Assembly (NCBI GenBank): GCA_963667175.2
Contig: CAXXXF010000003.1
Location: 192,001 to 256,000, forward strand
DNA from: Candidatus Latescibacterota bacterium
GTDB taxonomy: Bacteria; Latescibacterota; UBA2968; GCA-2709665
Length of the DNA stretch: 64,000 bases
Reading direction: 5' to 3'
In this document: piece after piece, positions 9,665 to 19,324 of the stretch
Layout of the letters: each line of letters starts with the position of its first letter
How positions within the stretch are numbered: the stretch's first letter is position 1
Notes under the pieces: model-generated
The model's input: the letters and a program-made list of their open reading frames with translations, nothing else
Databases searched by the model: none
Told to the model about the DNA's origin: nothing
Made by a program: the position numbers and the translations under genes

Positions 9665-10747
9665 ATGGCGACGAACCAGTACCGCCCCGACTACGCGGTC
9701 CCTCCTGGATGGGTCTTGGAAGAGCGCCTCGCCGTCCAGGGCATTTCGCACGCGGAGTTAGCGCGACGATGTGACCGCTCGGCCAAGCTTATCAGCGAGA
9801 TTATCTCCGGGAAGGCTCCCGTCGAACCGAAGACGGCCCTTCAATTTGAAAGGGTACTGGGTGTCGAGGCCGACATCTGGTTGGGCATTGAGAAGGGCTA
9901 TCAGTTGCACCAGATTAGAGAATCTGAGGCCAGGCAAGCGGAAGCGTTAGCAGCATGGGCGAATTCTTTCCCACTCATCGAACTGGCCAAACGAGGGGCG
10001 ATCCGAACGCGTTCGGCAAGCAGAGAAGCGTTTTCCGAACTGATGGTATTCTTTCGTGTCGCGTCAATAGAGGCGTGGCACGTCAAATACGGGACCGCTA
10101 ACATCGCTTATCGACACTCGCCAAGTTTCAAGAGCGACGAGCCTTCCCTGGCGTCCTGGCTTCGACTCGCGGAGACCGACGCCGAAGAACAGAAGTGCAA
10201 TGCGTACGACAGATCGGCCTTCAAGGCTACACTTCGTCGGATCCGAGAGTTGACTCGCGAGCCGTTCGACGAAGCGCTCAAAGAGACGCATAGGCTATTT
10301 AACAACGCGGGCGTTGCGCTTTCGCTGGTGGAACCCTTACCGAATGCCCGGCTGAGCGGCGCCGCCTGGTGGCTCACGCCCCGAAAACCCGTCATCGCGT
10401 TGAGCGCGCGCCACTTAACGGACGACCACCTCTGGTTCAGTCTCTTCCACGAGGCCGCGCACATCCTGTTGCACAGCAAAAGGGACGTATTTGTTGACGA
10501 AGCCAAGTCAGGCGATGCCGACTTCGAAACCGAGGCGAACGAATGGGCTTCACACTTCCTGGTTCCCCGGTCAGATTGGCGGCGATTCGTTGACGAACGT
10601 GCATTTAAGGCTTCGGACATTCACCAGTTCGCCGATGAACAGGGCATCGCTCCTGGAATCGTCGTCGGCCGACTCCAGCACGAGGGGCATATCGAGTGGA
10701 ACCGGCTGAACAACCTGAAAGTGCGTCTGGAATGGGTTGAGAATTGA
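9665..10747 (+). CDS. higA: HigA-like HTH antitoxin fused to ImmA/IrrE (HExxH) metallopeptidase domain
   Basis: AVPPGWVLEE HTH N-terminus, WFSLFHEAAHILLH and ETEANEWA. Confidence 0.85.
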   Translation: MATNQYRPDYAVPPGWVLEERLAVQGISHAELARRCDRSAKLISEIISGKAPVEPKTALQFERVLGVEADIWLGIEKGYQLHQIRESEARQAEALAAWANSFPLIELAKRGAIRTRSASREAFSELMVFFRVASIEAWHVKYGTANIAYRHSPSFKSDEPSLASWLRLAETDAEEQKCNAYDRSAFKATLRRIRELTREPFDEALKETHRLFNNAGVALSLVEPLPNARLSGAAWWLTPRKPVIALSARHLTDDHLWFSLFHEAAHILLHSKRDVFVDEAKSGDADFETEANEWASHFLVPRSDWRRFVDERAFKASDIHQFADEQGIAPGIVVGRLQHEGHIEWNRLNNLKVRLEWVEN

Positions 10748-10947
10748 TGGTCGATTAAAACGTCACGTGGCATCGGGCGGGGGATTTGATCTCCTGCTTA
10801 GCAGAAATCGTAAAATGCCAGCCTCCGAAGGTTCATTCGAGATGCTTGGCGATACTAATAGTGACAGAATCGTCTACCCTGCCGCATATTTTGGCAAACC
10901 TCCGAGACGACTGAATCTTGAAATCGAACATTGAGGAGGTATCCGGT

Positions 10948-13113
10948 ATGAGTGTATCCATCGTTCGTGGTACGAACAACAAGCCTGTGTCCAGCGGAAC
11001 CTTGGTTGGCTTTTTTTCCGATTGTGTCGACCTTGAAGGTGAACTTTTCATTGGATATCCAATTATCAGCACTCCGGAAGGAAGGCATCCGATCGACGCG
11101 CTTTGGATATCTTGTGGACGGGGAATTGTGCTGTTCGATCTGATTGAAGGCTCTGATCTGACCGATTTTCGGGACCGACAGGACGATTTGGCAAACAAGC
11201 TCGAATCCAGGCTTAAGACCCATCGCGAACTTATGCGACGGAGGGATCTCATCGTGCCTATTCACACGATTTCCTTCGCGCCGGGAGTGCCCCAACTCGA
11301 TGAATATGTTGACGACGAGTATCTGCTTGCAAATAACGAGACGCTTTATGGGAGGATCGCCGGCATTGAAATGTGGGATGATAGTAGGGAGGAAGTTTAT
11401 AGAACTGCACTCTCGGCGATACAGAGCATTTCGACGATTCGTAAGAGAAGGACAATCCGACGGAGTATTCAAGAAGATACGAGAGGAGCCAAACTAAAGC
11501 GTTTAGAGGAATCAATTGCGACGCTTGATCGCCAACAGAGTAGAGCGGTGATAGAGACTGTGGATGGCGTACAGCGTATTCGAGGATTGGCTGGGTCTGG
11601 AAAGACGATTGTACTGGCATTGAAGGCTGCGTATTTGCACGCACAACATCCTGACTGGCGCATAGCAGTAACCTTCCACACGCGGTCTCTCAAAGGACAG
11701 TTTCGTCATCTGATTAACAACTTCTTTCTCCAACAGACAGGCGAAGAACCTGACTGGGATAATTTGCGAGTCCTCAATGCTTGGGGGGCTTCTGGGGGTG
11801 TTGATCGGGACGGAATCTACAGTGAGTTTTGTAGGACCCACGATGTCGCATGCTACGATCTCAGGGCGGCGAGAAACGCGTTTGGTCGTGAAGCCGAATT
11901 TTCTGGAGCGTGTAAACATGCACTTGCTCAAGCCCGGGGAATAAAGGCCGCATACAACGCTATCTTAGTTGATGAGGCTCAGGATTTTCCGCCAGAGTTC
12001 TTGAGACTTTGTTATCAATTTCTAGATAAGGACAAGCGATTGGTATACGCATACGATGAGTTGCAGAGCCTAGCGGGAGAGTCGCTACCGTCGCCGGAGC
12101 ACATATTTGGATATAATGCTAACGGTTCTCCAAAAGTCCAACTCGAATATGAACCCAATGACGATCGGCGGCGCGATGTGATTCTCAATGTATGCTACCG
12201 CAACTCGCGGCCATTGCTGGTTACAGCTCATGCACTTGGGTTTGGAATCTACCGAGAGGCGGAGAACCTGGGTTCGACAGGTCTTGTCCAAATGTTCGAC
12301 GTCCCAAAGTTGTGGGAGGATATTGGATATCGAGCGAAGGACGGTGAACTCAACAGTGGTTCTCGTGTTACTCTTCACAGAACAAACGAAACCAGTCCAA
12401 AGTTTCTAGAAAACCATTCGCCATTACAGGATATAATCCGGTTTATTGAATTCGACGATGAACAGCAACAAAATAACTGGCTTGTAAATGAGATTAAGCG
12501 GAATCTCGAAGAGGACCAACTTCGGCACGACGACATTATCGTAATAAATCCTGATCCTGTTACTACTCGCGATAGTGTCGGTCCCATAAGGAGTCAACTG
12601 CTGGAGATGGGCATCGAATGCCACCTTGCTGGAGTCGACACCGATCCGGATATCTTTTTCCGGCTGGGTACGGGATCTGTGACTTTTACTGGTATTTTTC
12701 GGGCTAAGGGCAATGAAGCAGGGATGGTCTATATCATCAACGCTCAAGACTGCCAATCCGCGCACTGGAACCTGGCTAGCATTCGCAACCGGCTCTTTAC
12801 GGCGATCACAAGAAGCAAGGCATGGGTTCGTGTCCTTGGTGTAGGCGAAAAGATGGTAAAGTTAAAGAGAGAATACGAACAGCTAGTGTCACATGATTTC
12901 GAGTTGAAATTCAATTATCCGTCCGACGAACAACGTCAGCAACTTCGCGTCATCCATCGTGATATGACCGAGCAGGAACGAAAAAAACTGAGGAACAAAG
13001 ACAAGGCGTTGGTTGATCTAGTGAAAGATCTCGAGGCTGGAAATATCCATACGGAAGATCTTAACGAACAAGCGATAATGAAACTCCGTGAATTGCTCTC
13101 GAAAAACGAGTGA
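10948..13113 (+). CDS. SF1 (UvrD-like) helicase of the helicase+DUF2290 antiphage system
   Basis: RIRGLAGSGKT, LVDEAQD, CYRN, FRAKGNE and LFTAITRSK. RBS GAGGAGG. Followed by DUF2290. Confidence 0.85.
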   Translation: MSVSIVRGTNNKPVSSGTLVGFFSDCVDLEGELFIGYPIISTPEGRHPIDALWISCGRGIVLFDLIEGSDLTDFRDRQDDLANKLESRLKTHRELMRRRDLIVPIHTISFAPGVPQLDEYVDDEYLLANNETLYGRIAGIEMWDDSREEVYRTALSAIQSISTIRKRRTIRRSIQEDTRGAKLKRLEESIATLDRQQSRAVIETVDGVQRIRGLAGSGKTIVLALKAAYLHAQHPDWRIAVTFHTRSLKGQFRHLINNFFLQQTGEEPDWDNLRVLNAWGASGGVDRDGIYSEFCRTHDVACYDLRAARNAFGREAEFSGACKHALAQARGIKAAYNAILVDEAQDFPPEFLRLCYQFLDKDKRLVYAYDELQSLAGESLPSPEHIFGYNANGSPKVQLEYEPNDDRRRDVILNVCYRNSRPLLVTAHALGFGIYREAENLGSTGLVQMFDVPKLWEDIGYRAKDGELNSGSRVTLHRTNETSPKFLENHSPLQDIIRFIEFDDEQQQNNWLVNEIKRNLEEDQLRHDDIIVINPDPVTTRDSVGPIRSQLLEMGIECHLAGVDTDPDIFFRLGTGSVTFTGIFRAKGNEAGMVYIINAQDCQSAHWNLASIRNRLFTAITRSKAWVRVLGVGEKMVKLKREYEQLVSHDFELKFNYPSDEQRQQLRVIHRDMTEQERKKLRNKDKALVDLVKDLEAGNIHTEDLNEQAIMKLRELLSKNE

Positions 13114-13119
13114 ACCTGA

Positions 13120-14084
13120 ATGCCATCACATAATGAGACAAGACGACAAATCAACGACCTTATCGGCCATTTGGTGCGAATTGGACTCGCCGACGATCAA
13201 CGTTTCGCGTTCCAAAGGGAAGTCGATGCCAGTCAGCATCACATAACCTTTGCAGGGTCTGAGCACATACAGTTTGCATTGAAAAACCTCAACTACGAAC
13301 AGATTTATCAGCATCTCGTACGAGAACGTGCGTACAACGTGAAAATGCTTGATGGCGCCCTAATTCAAATGATGTACATGTTCGAAAACGGAACGATCAG
13401 ACGCCATCGACTCGCGTTTTTTTCTGCGCCGCACCTTGAGAAGTTTCAGAATGATCCGGATATCTACCTACAAGACGAACGATACGCTGACGTAGTCACT
13501 AGAAACATCGTCCCATTCCCAATCAGATTCGATTACAATAATGATGATGCCCAACCAAGGCCAGATCATCCCAGGTCGCACCTTACTTTAGGTCAATACG
13601 AAAATTGTAGAATTCCCGTGACTGCACCTATGGCGCCATTTTGGTTTGTTGATTTCATTCTTCGGCACTGCTGTCCAAGAACCGTCGGATTCCCAGAGAT
13701 AAGGTTCGAAAAATGGCTACAATAGGCGATTTTGGACGGGTTTGACCCGGATAATGAAAACCAGGTTTGCCATCTTCTGCGCAATGCTGTCCAAGAACAA
13801 GGTGACGTTTCCAGCGGCCATAATTGTGCTGTTTCCGTCTCAATAAGCCCGTGAAATAAGCACTTTGTGAATCTCAGGCGATCTTGGTCGAGGGATTGCT
13901 TCGCGGAAGTGAACCAGATGCTGTCCAAGACTGAAACCGATTTTGGACAGGTGTGATTCTTCGGAATTTCTATCACACGGCATTCCACAGATTTGTCCGC
14001 CATCTTCCGAATCACAGCGACAATTTCGAGCGATCGATTCTTCCGGAAGAAGAAGCTGTTGTTCACATATCCGTTCCGCAGTGA
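13120..14084 (+). pseudogene. DUF2290 protein interrupted by a 290-bp MITE
   Basis: DGALIQMMY, PIRFDY, HPRSHLTLGQYENCRIPV. Removing the MITE and one TSD restores ...DFILRNFYHTAFHRFVRHLP...VVHISVPQ* (stop 14082-14084). Confidence 0.88.
13666..13955 (+). mobile_element. 290-bp MITE, copy A
   Basis: Terminal inverted repeats CACTGCTGTCCAA / TTGGACAGGTGTG and 9-bp TSD ATTCTTCGG (13657-13665, 13956-13964). An inverted near-identical copy lies at 61619-61908. Confidence 0.93.
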
Positions 14085-14264
14085 GGATTTACTCCGAGAA
14101 TCCACAAAACAGCGCTTGTTTAATGTGAATCGAGCATAGGTATCCAAGGGCGCTGCATCTCTTCTGTGCGCTGCATGGGGCCTTCGCTGGGCTGGCGAGC
14201 GACTTGTTGGTAACCGCGTCACAAGGAGTGTGCGAATCTAAGGCTGGTGACGGAGATTAAAATT

Positions 14265-15803
14265 ATGGCCGACCCAACAGTAAAAGACTCGCTTGAACTC
14301 GAAGTGAACGATTTTGGACCGATCGTTGATGCCAAGATTGACCTGCGTCCCTTGACTGTTTTTGTCGGACCGAGCAATACCGGGAAATCTTATCTGGCAA
14401 CGTTGATCTATGCGCTGCATCGGTATTATTGTGACTCCTCGTCGATCAACCGTCGGCTCCATATTGGGGATGATGCGATAACTCCGCATTTCTGGCATAG
14501 TGAGTTAAGCGGAAAAGATGTGCAAAGTGTAGCCGAATGGGCCGAGCAGATCCTAAGCAAAAGCACCGATCCATCTACTAAAGGACGGGTGCACTTGTCG
14601 CGTTCGGTTATGGATATTATTCGCACTGTATTCGATGCACAAGGTGAACAGGTCGACTTCGAGATGGGCAGGTGTTTCGGTACTGATAAGCCCAATGCTC
14701 TGATACGGAGAGGGAGCAGAAGTGGCGCGCGGATTGTCTTGAACAAGACATTTGCCAACGATTCGACCTCATTCTTGCAGGAATTCAGTCTTAGAGCGCG
14801 CAGGTCTCACTTGCGAACGTCAATGCCAGGAGAAGAGACGTTGCGTATTGACGCTCGGGCTGTTCGACATTGGATTGGGATTTTGTACCGTATGGTCGAT
14901 GGACTCTCGGAACTCGATCGAGACGGAGCGGAGCTGAAATTGCGTGCGTTACCATTGATGAACAAAATCCTTGAAGCCACACTGCCTAAAATACTTGGGC
15001 CTCTCTATCGTCCCGCCTTCTATCTTCCGGCGTCTCGGACAGGTGTGATGCACAGCCATCAGGTAGTCGTCGGCGCTTTGGTACAGAATGCAACTACCGC
15101 AGGACTACGTCCCACGGTCGAAACTCCAATGCTATCGGGGGTTCTTGCTGATTTTCTCCAGCAGTTGATTCAACTGAAGCCCCTTATGTATCGGCGACCA
15201 ACGTCACATAGCGCACTAAGTACGCATATTGAAGAAGCCATTCTTGGTGGATCAGTCCAGGTGGAAAGTGCTCAAGGAGTTAACTATCCACACTTTACCT
15301 ACCGCCCGAATGGGTGGAAGGAATCATTGCCACTAAAGAACGCCTCTTCGATGGTGTCGGAACTCGCGCCCGTCGTGCTGTATCTGCGTGATGTCGTCGA
15401 ATCCGGCGAGACGCTAATCATTGAAGAACCAGAATCTCACTTGCACCCCGCAATGCAGGTCGAATTCACTCGTCAAATCGTGGCACTCGTTGAGGCGGGC
15501 GTACGAGTGATCATCACGACGCATAGCGAGTGGGTTCTGGAGGAACTCGGGAACGTCGTCAGACGCTCCGAACTTTCAGAGTCCCGTCGAAAGGAGATGC
15601 CACACGGCAAATATGCCCTTCGTCCCGATCAGGTGGGGGCATGGCTGTTCAAGCCGAAGCGCCGACCAAAGGGATCCGTAGTCGAAGAAATTCGATTCGA
15701 TCCCGATGCAGGTGGGCTCGAGAGTGATTTCGGTGACGTTGCCGAGCAAGTTTATAATGATTGGTCGACGATCGGTAACCGTATCGCAGGAAACACCGAA
15801 TAA
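14265..15803 (+). CDS. ABC-type ATPase (AAA_15/AAA_21-like)
   Basis: FVGPSNTGKS, ASSMVSELAP, IIEEPESHLHP, ITTHS. Confidence 0.85.
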   Translation: MADPTVKDSLELEVNDFGPIVDAKIDLRPLTVFVGPSNTGKSYLATLIYALHRYYCDSSSINRRLHIGDDAITPHFWHSELSGKDVQSVAEWAEQILSKSTDPSTKGRVHLSRSVMDIIRTVFDAQGEQVDFEMGRCFGTDKPNALIRRGSRSGARIVLNKTFANDSTSFLQEFSLRARRSHLRTSMPGEETLRIDARAVRHWIGILYRMVDGLSELDRDGAELKLRALPLMNKILEATLPKILGPLYRPAFYLPASRTGVMHSHQVVVGALVQNATTAGLRPTVETPMLSGVLADFLQQLIQLKPLMYRRPTSHSALSTHIEEAILGGSVQVESAQGVNYPHFTYRPNGWKESLPLKNASSMVSELAPVVLYLRDVVESGETLIIEEPESHLHPAMQVEFTRQIVALVEAGVRVIITTHSEWVLEELGNVVRRSELSESRRKEMPHGKYALRPDQVGAWLFKPKRRPKGSVVEEIRFDPDAGGLESDFGDVAEQVYNDWSTIGNRIAGNTE

Positions 15804-16270
15804 TGTGTGGCGTGGTCGAACGGCTGAGAGACGAACTTCCTGAAGGAACTACCGTCAAAAGATGCTCGGCCAAGGGGTGTAACGTTCCGCTGAAAGACGC
15901 CCCATCGCCGCATCTCGTATTGGATCTGGATCATCCCTTTTTCCGGTTGAAGGACAAGATCCATTGCGATTTTCTGTATATCAGTTGCGGCGGCAATGGC
16001 GGGGACAACTGGGTTGTACCGCTGGAGTTGAAACGCGGCAGCCCCGACGCTACAGAATTGGTGTCGCAGCTACAGGCAGGGTCAAATTTCGCGCAAGCCT
16101 GGATACCGGAAGATCACAAGACCCAGTTCCGCCCCGTGGGCGCCTTTGGTGGCCGCTTGCATAAATCCCAATGGGACAGGCTCAGACGGGCTCGCATTTT
16201 GTATCGGAGAAAACGGTACGAAGTCAAACTCATACGATGTAGGACACCGTTAAGCGTTGCTATTGCGTAA
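15803..16270 (+). CDS. Small putative PD-(D/E)XK nuclease coupled to the ATPase
   Basis: HCDFLYIS...VVPLELKRG...LVSQLQAG. TAATG overlap with the ATPase. Confidence 0.55.
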   Translation: MCGVVERLRDELPEGTTVKRCSAKGCNVPLKDAPSPHLVLDLDHPFFRLKDKIHCDFLYISCGGNGGDNWVVPLELKRGSPDATELVSQLQAGSNFAQAWIPEDHKTQFRPVGAFGGRLHKSQWDRLRRARILYRRKRYEVKLIRCRTPLSVAIA

Positions 16271-16281
16271 GAGAAAACCCA

Positions 16282-19194
16282 ATGACTGTTACAAGAAAAA
16301 AACTGATTGAAGTCGCTCTGCCGCTTGACGCGATCAACACCGCGTCAGCCCGCGAAAAGTCGATCCGCCACGGCCACCCCAGCACGCTGCACCTCTGGTG
16401 GGCGCGTCGTCCGTTGGCGGCGGCGCGCGCGGTAATCTTCGCGCAGATGGTGGACGATCCGTCTGCCTGCCCGGAGGAATTCCCCACTGAAATGGAGCAG
16501 GAGAAGGAGCGAGGGCGCCTGTTCGGGCTTATCGAGGAACTGGTAAAGTGGGAAAACACGACCAACGAGGAGGTACTGGAAAGAGCGCGGGAAGATATCC
16601 GCAGGAGTTGGCGCCGGACGTGCGCTGATAATGCGGACCATCCTCGCGCCGATGAGTTGTTCGACCCGGACAAGCTACCGGCCTTCCACGATCCCTTTGC
16701 GGGTGGTGGCTCGTTACCATTGGAAGCCCAGCGTTTGGGGCTCCAGGCTTACGCCAGCGACCTTAATCCGGTGGCTGTGCTAATCAACAAAGCAATGATT
16801 GAAATTCCGCCGAAGTTTGCTGGCAGGCCCCCAGTTAACCCAGAGTCGCGCCCGGGAGGATCATCAGGGAAAGAATCGTTGATCGAACGCGACTGGACCG
16901 GCGCCAAAGGGCTTGCGGAGGACGTACGTTACTATGGGCAATGGATGCGCGACGAAGCCGAGAAACGCATCGGGCATCTCTATCCCAAGGTCGAAGTTAC
17001 TTCGGAGATGGTTCGACACCGGCCCGATCTCAAGCAATACCAGGGGCGAAAACTCACCGTAATCGCTTGGCTCTGGGCGCGGACCGTGAAAAGCCCGAAT
17101 CCAGCATTTGCGGATGTCAAGGTACCGCTCGTATCGACGTTCAGGCTATCGACAAAGAAAGGAAAAGAGGCATACGTCGAGCCGGAGATAGAGGGGCGCA
17201 GCTATCGGTTTGCGGTTCGGGTTGGGAGTCCACCGGACCCTGAGGCGGCCAAGCGGGGCACGACAGCAGGTAAACGTCAGGCATTTCGTTGCCTGATGTC
17301 TGGTGTGCCGGTACCGTATGACCACATTCGAAACGAGGGTAAGGCCGGACGAATGGACGCGCAATTGATGGCTGTTGTAGCCGAGGGCGATAGGGGAAGA
17401 GTATATCTGTCGCCGACAAGAGAACATGAATCAATCGCGAGAAAAGCAAACCCCGAATGGAAGCCTGAGTTGGCTCTTCCCAATAACCCGCGGGACTTCA
17501 AAACCCCGAATTACGGTCTTCCCACTTTCGCAGATCTCTTTACCGACCGCCAACTTGTGGCACTTACAACGTTCTCGGACTTGGTGCAGGAAGCAATCGA
17601 GCGTGTCAAATTGGATTCCGCAAACGCCCATTTAGGCCGTGACGAGCGGTCCCTCAACGACGGGGGTGGCGGTCGATTAGCGTATGCCGAGGCAATCGCA
17701 GTATATTTGGCATTGGCTGTTAATCGCATGGCGAATACCCTTTGCTCAATCGCTCGGTGGACGCCGGATCGTGGACAAACCGTTACTGCATTTGCGCGCC
17801 AAGCGATTCCGATGACATGGGACTTTCCAGATGTCAACCCATTTGCTGGTGCAGCCGGCGACTATGGGGTCTCTGTCGAAGGGGTAGTCAAGGGAATGAC
17901 CAGTGCTACGAATCCTAGTGGTGTTGCAAGCCAACAGGATGCATCTATCCAGTCGATTAGTGTTGGGAAAATTGTATCGACGGACCCGCCTTACTACGAC
18001 AACATTGGCTACGCCGACCTTTCCGACTTCTTCTACGTCTGGATGCGTCGTTCTTTGCGCTCAGTAATCACCGATATCTTTTACACGGTCGCCGTGCCGA
18101 AAGCGGAAGAGCTCGTCGCTACACCCTATCGTCACGGTACTAAGAAACAAGCTGAGAGCTTCTTTATCGCCGGAATGTCAAAGGCCATGACTCGCGTGGC
18201 TAAACAAGCACATCCAGGTTTCCCTGCTTCAATATTCTATGCGTTCAAGCAATCGGAGACCAAGGATAAGACGGGAACGCGTAGCACCGGCTGGGAGACT
18301 TTTTTGGATGCAGTTGTCCGTGCAGGATTCGCAGTCACGGGCACTTGGCCGCTACGTACCGAGTTGTCGCACCGAATGGTCGGAATGGGCACAAACGCTT
18401 TGGCATCCAGCATTGTGCTAACGTGCAGAAAGCGCGCGAAAAATGCACCACTGGCGACCCGGCGTCAATTCGTAGCAGCGTTGTACGACGAACTACCAGT
18501 TGCTATCACCCGGCTGCAGATTGGCAATATCGCGCCGGTAGATCTTGCTCAGGCAGCAATTGGACCTGGGATGGCCGTGTTCACCCGCTATGCTAAAGTG
18601 CTTGATGCGCAGGGCAATCGCGTATCGGTAGGGGAGGCCCTGGCGCTGATCAATCAGACTCTGGCTGAAGTACAGGCCGAACAGGAGGGTGAATTCGACG
18701 GTGACACCCGCTGGGCCCTGGCGTGGTTCGAGCAGGAGAGTTTCGGCGAGGGCGAATACGGCGTGGCAGAGACGCTATCCAAAGCAAAGAACACCAGCAT
18801 CGACGGCATCGTGGAAGGCGGTATTCTCGCCTCCAAGGGCGGAAAAGTGCGACTACTTCGACCGAATGAAATGGCCAGCGAATGGGATCCGACAGCGGAC
18901 ACTCGGCTGACAGTCTGGGAGGCAGTACACTACCTTGTCCGTGCTCTCGAAACCGGAGGCGAATTCGCCGCCGCCGGGCTGATTCACCAACTCGGCGGCC
19001 TCGCGGAAACCGCGCGCGAACTGGCCTACAGGCTCTATACTATCTGCGAGCGTAAGAACCGCGCCGAAGAAGCCCGTTCCTACAACGGCCTCGTTCAAAG
19101 CTGGCCAGAAATCTCGAAATTGGCGCGGGAACGGGCAACGGCGGAGCAGGGCGAGTTGTTTGGGGACGGAAATCAGGGACGTGTCACCCGATGA
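16282..19194 (+). CDS. DUF1156 adenine-specific DNA methyltransferase
   Basis: KKLIEVALPL...LHLWWARRPLAA, DPFAGGGSLP (SAM binding) and TDPPYYDN (catalytic). Confidence 0.93.
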   Translation: MTVTRKKLIEVALPLDAINTASAREKSIRHGHPSTLHLWWARRPLAAARAVIFAQMVDDPSACPEEFPTEMEQEKERGRLFGLIEELVKWENTTNEEVLERAREDIRRSWRRTCADNADHPRADELFDPDKLPAFHDPFAGGGSLPLEAQRLGLQAYASDLNPVAVLINKAMIEIPPKFAGRPPVNPESRPGGSSGKESLIERDWTGAKGLAEDVRYYGQWMRDEAEKRIGHLYPKVEVTSEMVRHRPDLKQYQGRKLTVIAWLWARTVKSPNPAFADVKVPLVSTFRLSTKKGKEAYVEPEIEGRSYRFAVRVGSPPDPEAAKRGTTAGKRQAFRCLMSGVPVPYDHIRNEGKAGRMDAQLMAVVAEGDRGRVYLSPTREHESIARKANPEWKPELALPNNPRDFKTPNYGLPTFADLFTDRQLVALTTFSDLVQEAIERVKLDSANAHLGRDERSLNDGGGGRLAYAEAIAVYLALAVNRMANTLCSIARWTPDRGQTVTAFARQAIPMTWDFPDVNPFAGAAGDYGVSVEGVVKGMTSATNPSGVASQQDASIQSISVGKIVSTDPPYYDNIGYADLSDFFYVWMRRSLRSVITDIFYTVAVPKAEELVATPYRHGTKKQAESFFIAGMSKAMTRVAKQAHPGFPASIFYAFKQSETKDKTGTRSTGWETFLDAVVRAGFAVTGTWPLRTELSHRMVGMGTNALASSIVLTCRKRAKNAPLATRRQFVAALYDELPVAITRLQIGNIAPVDLAQAAIGPGMAVFTRYAKVLDAQGNRVSVGEALALINQTLAEVQAEQEGEFDGDTRWALAWFEQESFGEGEYGVAETLSKAKNTSIDGIVEGGILASKGGKVRLLRPNEMASEWDPTADTRLTVWEAVHYLVRALETGGEFAAAGLIHQLGGLAETARELAYRLYTICERKNRAEEARSYNGLVQSWPEISKLARERATAEQGELFGDGNQGRVTR

Positions 19195-19324
19195 ACGTCT
19201 GGGAGCGCGTTGCAGGTAACCATATCCCAATATTGGAAAATGTGAAATTGACTTCAATTGTTATACATTTTCGTATATGCCCTCCCGGGAAATCTAAGTC
19301 GTAGTTCGATGTCTGGAGAACTGA

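Noticed and set aside
10948-13113. Gabija GajB
   Set aside because: No adjacent OLD nuclease. The partner gene is DUF2290.
13655-13843. 62-aa ORF repeated at 61731-61919
   Set aside because: It lies within the MITE and runs across its end, with no sign of being a gene.
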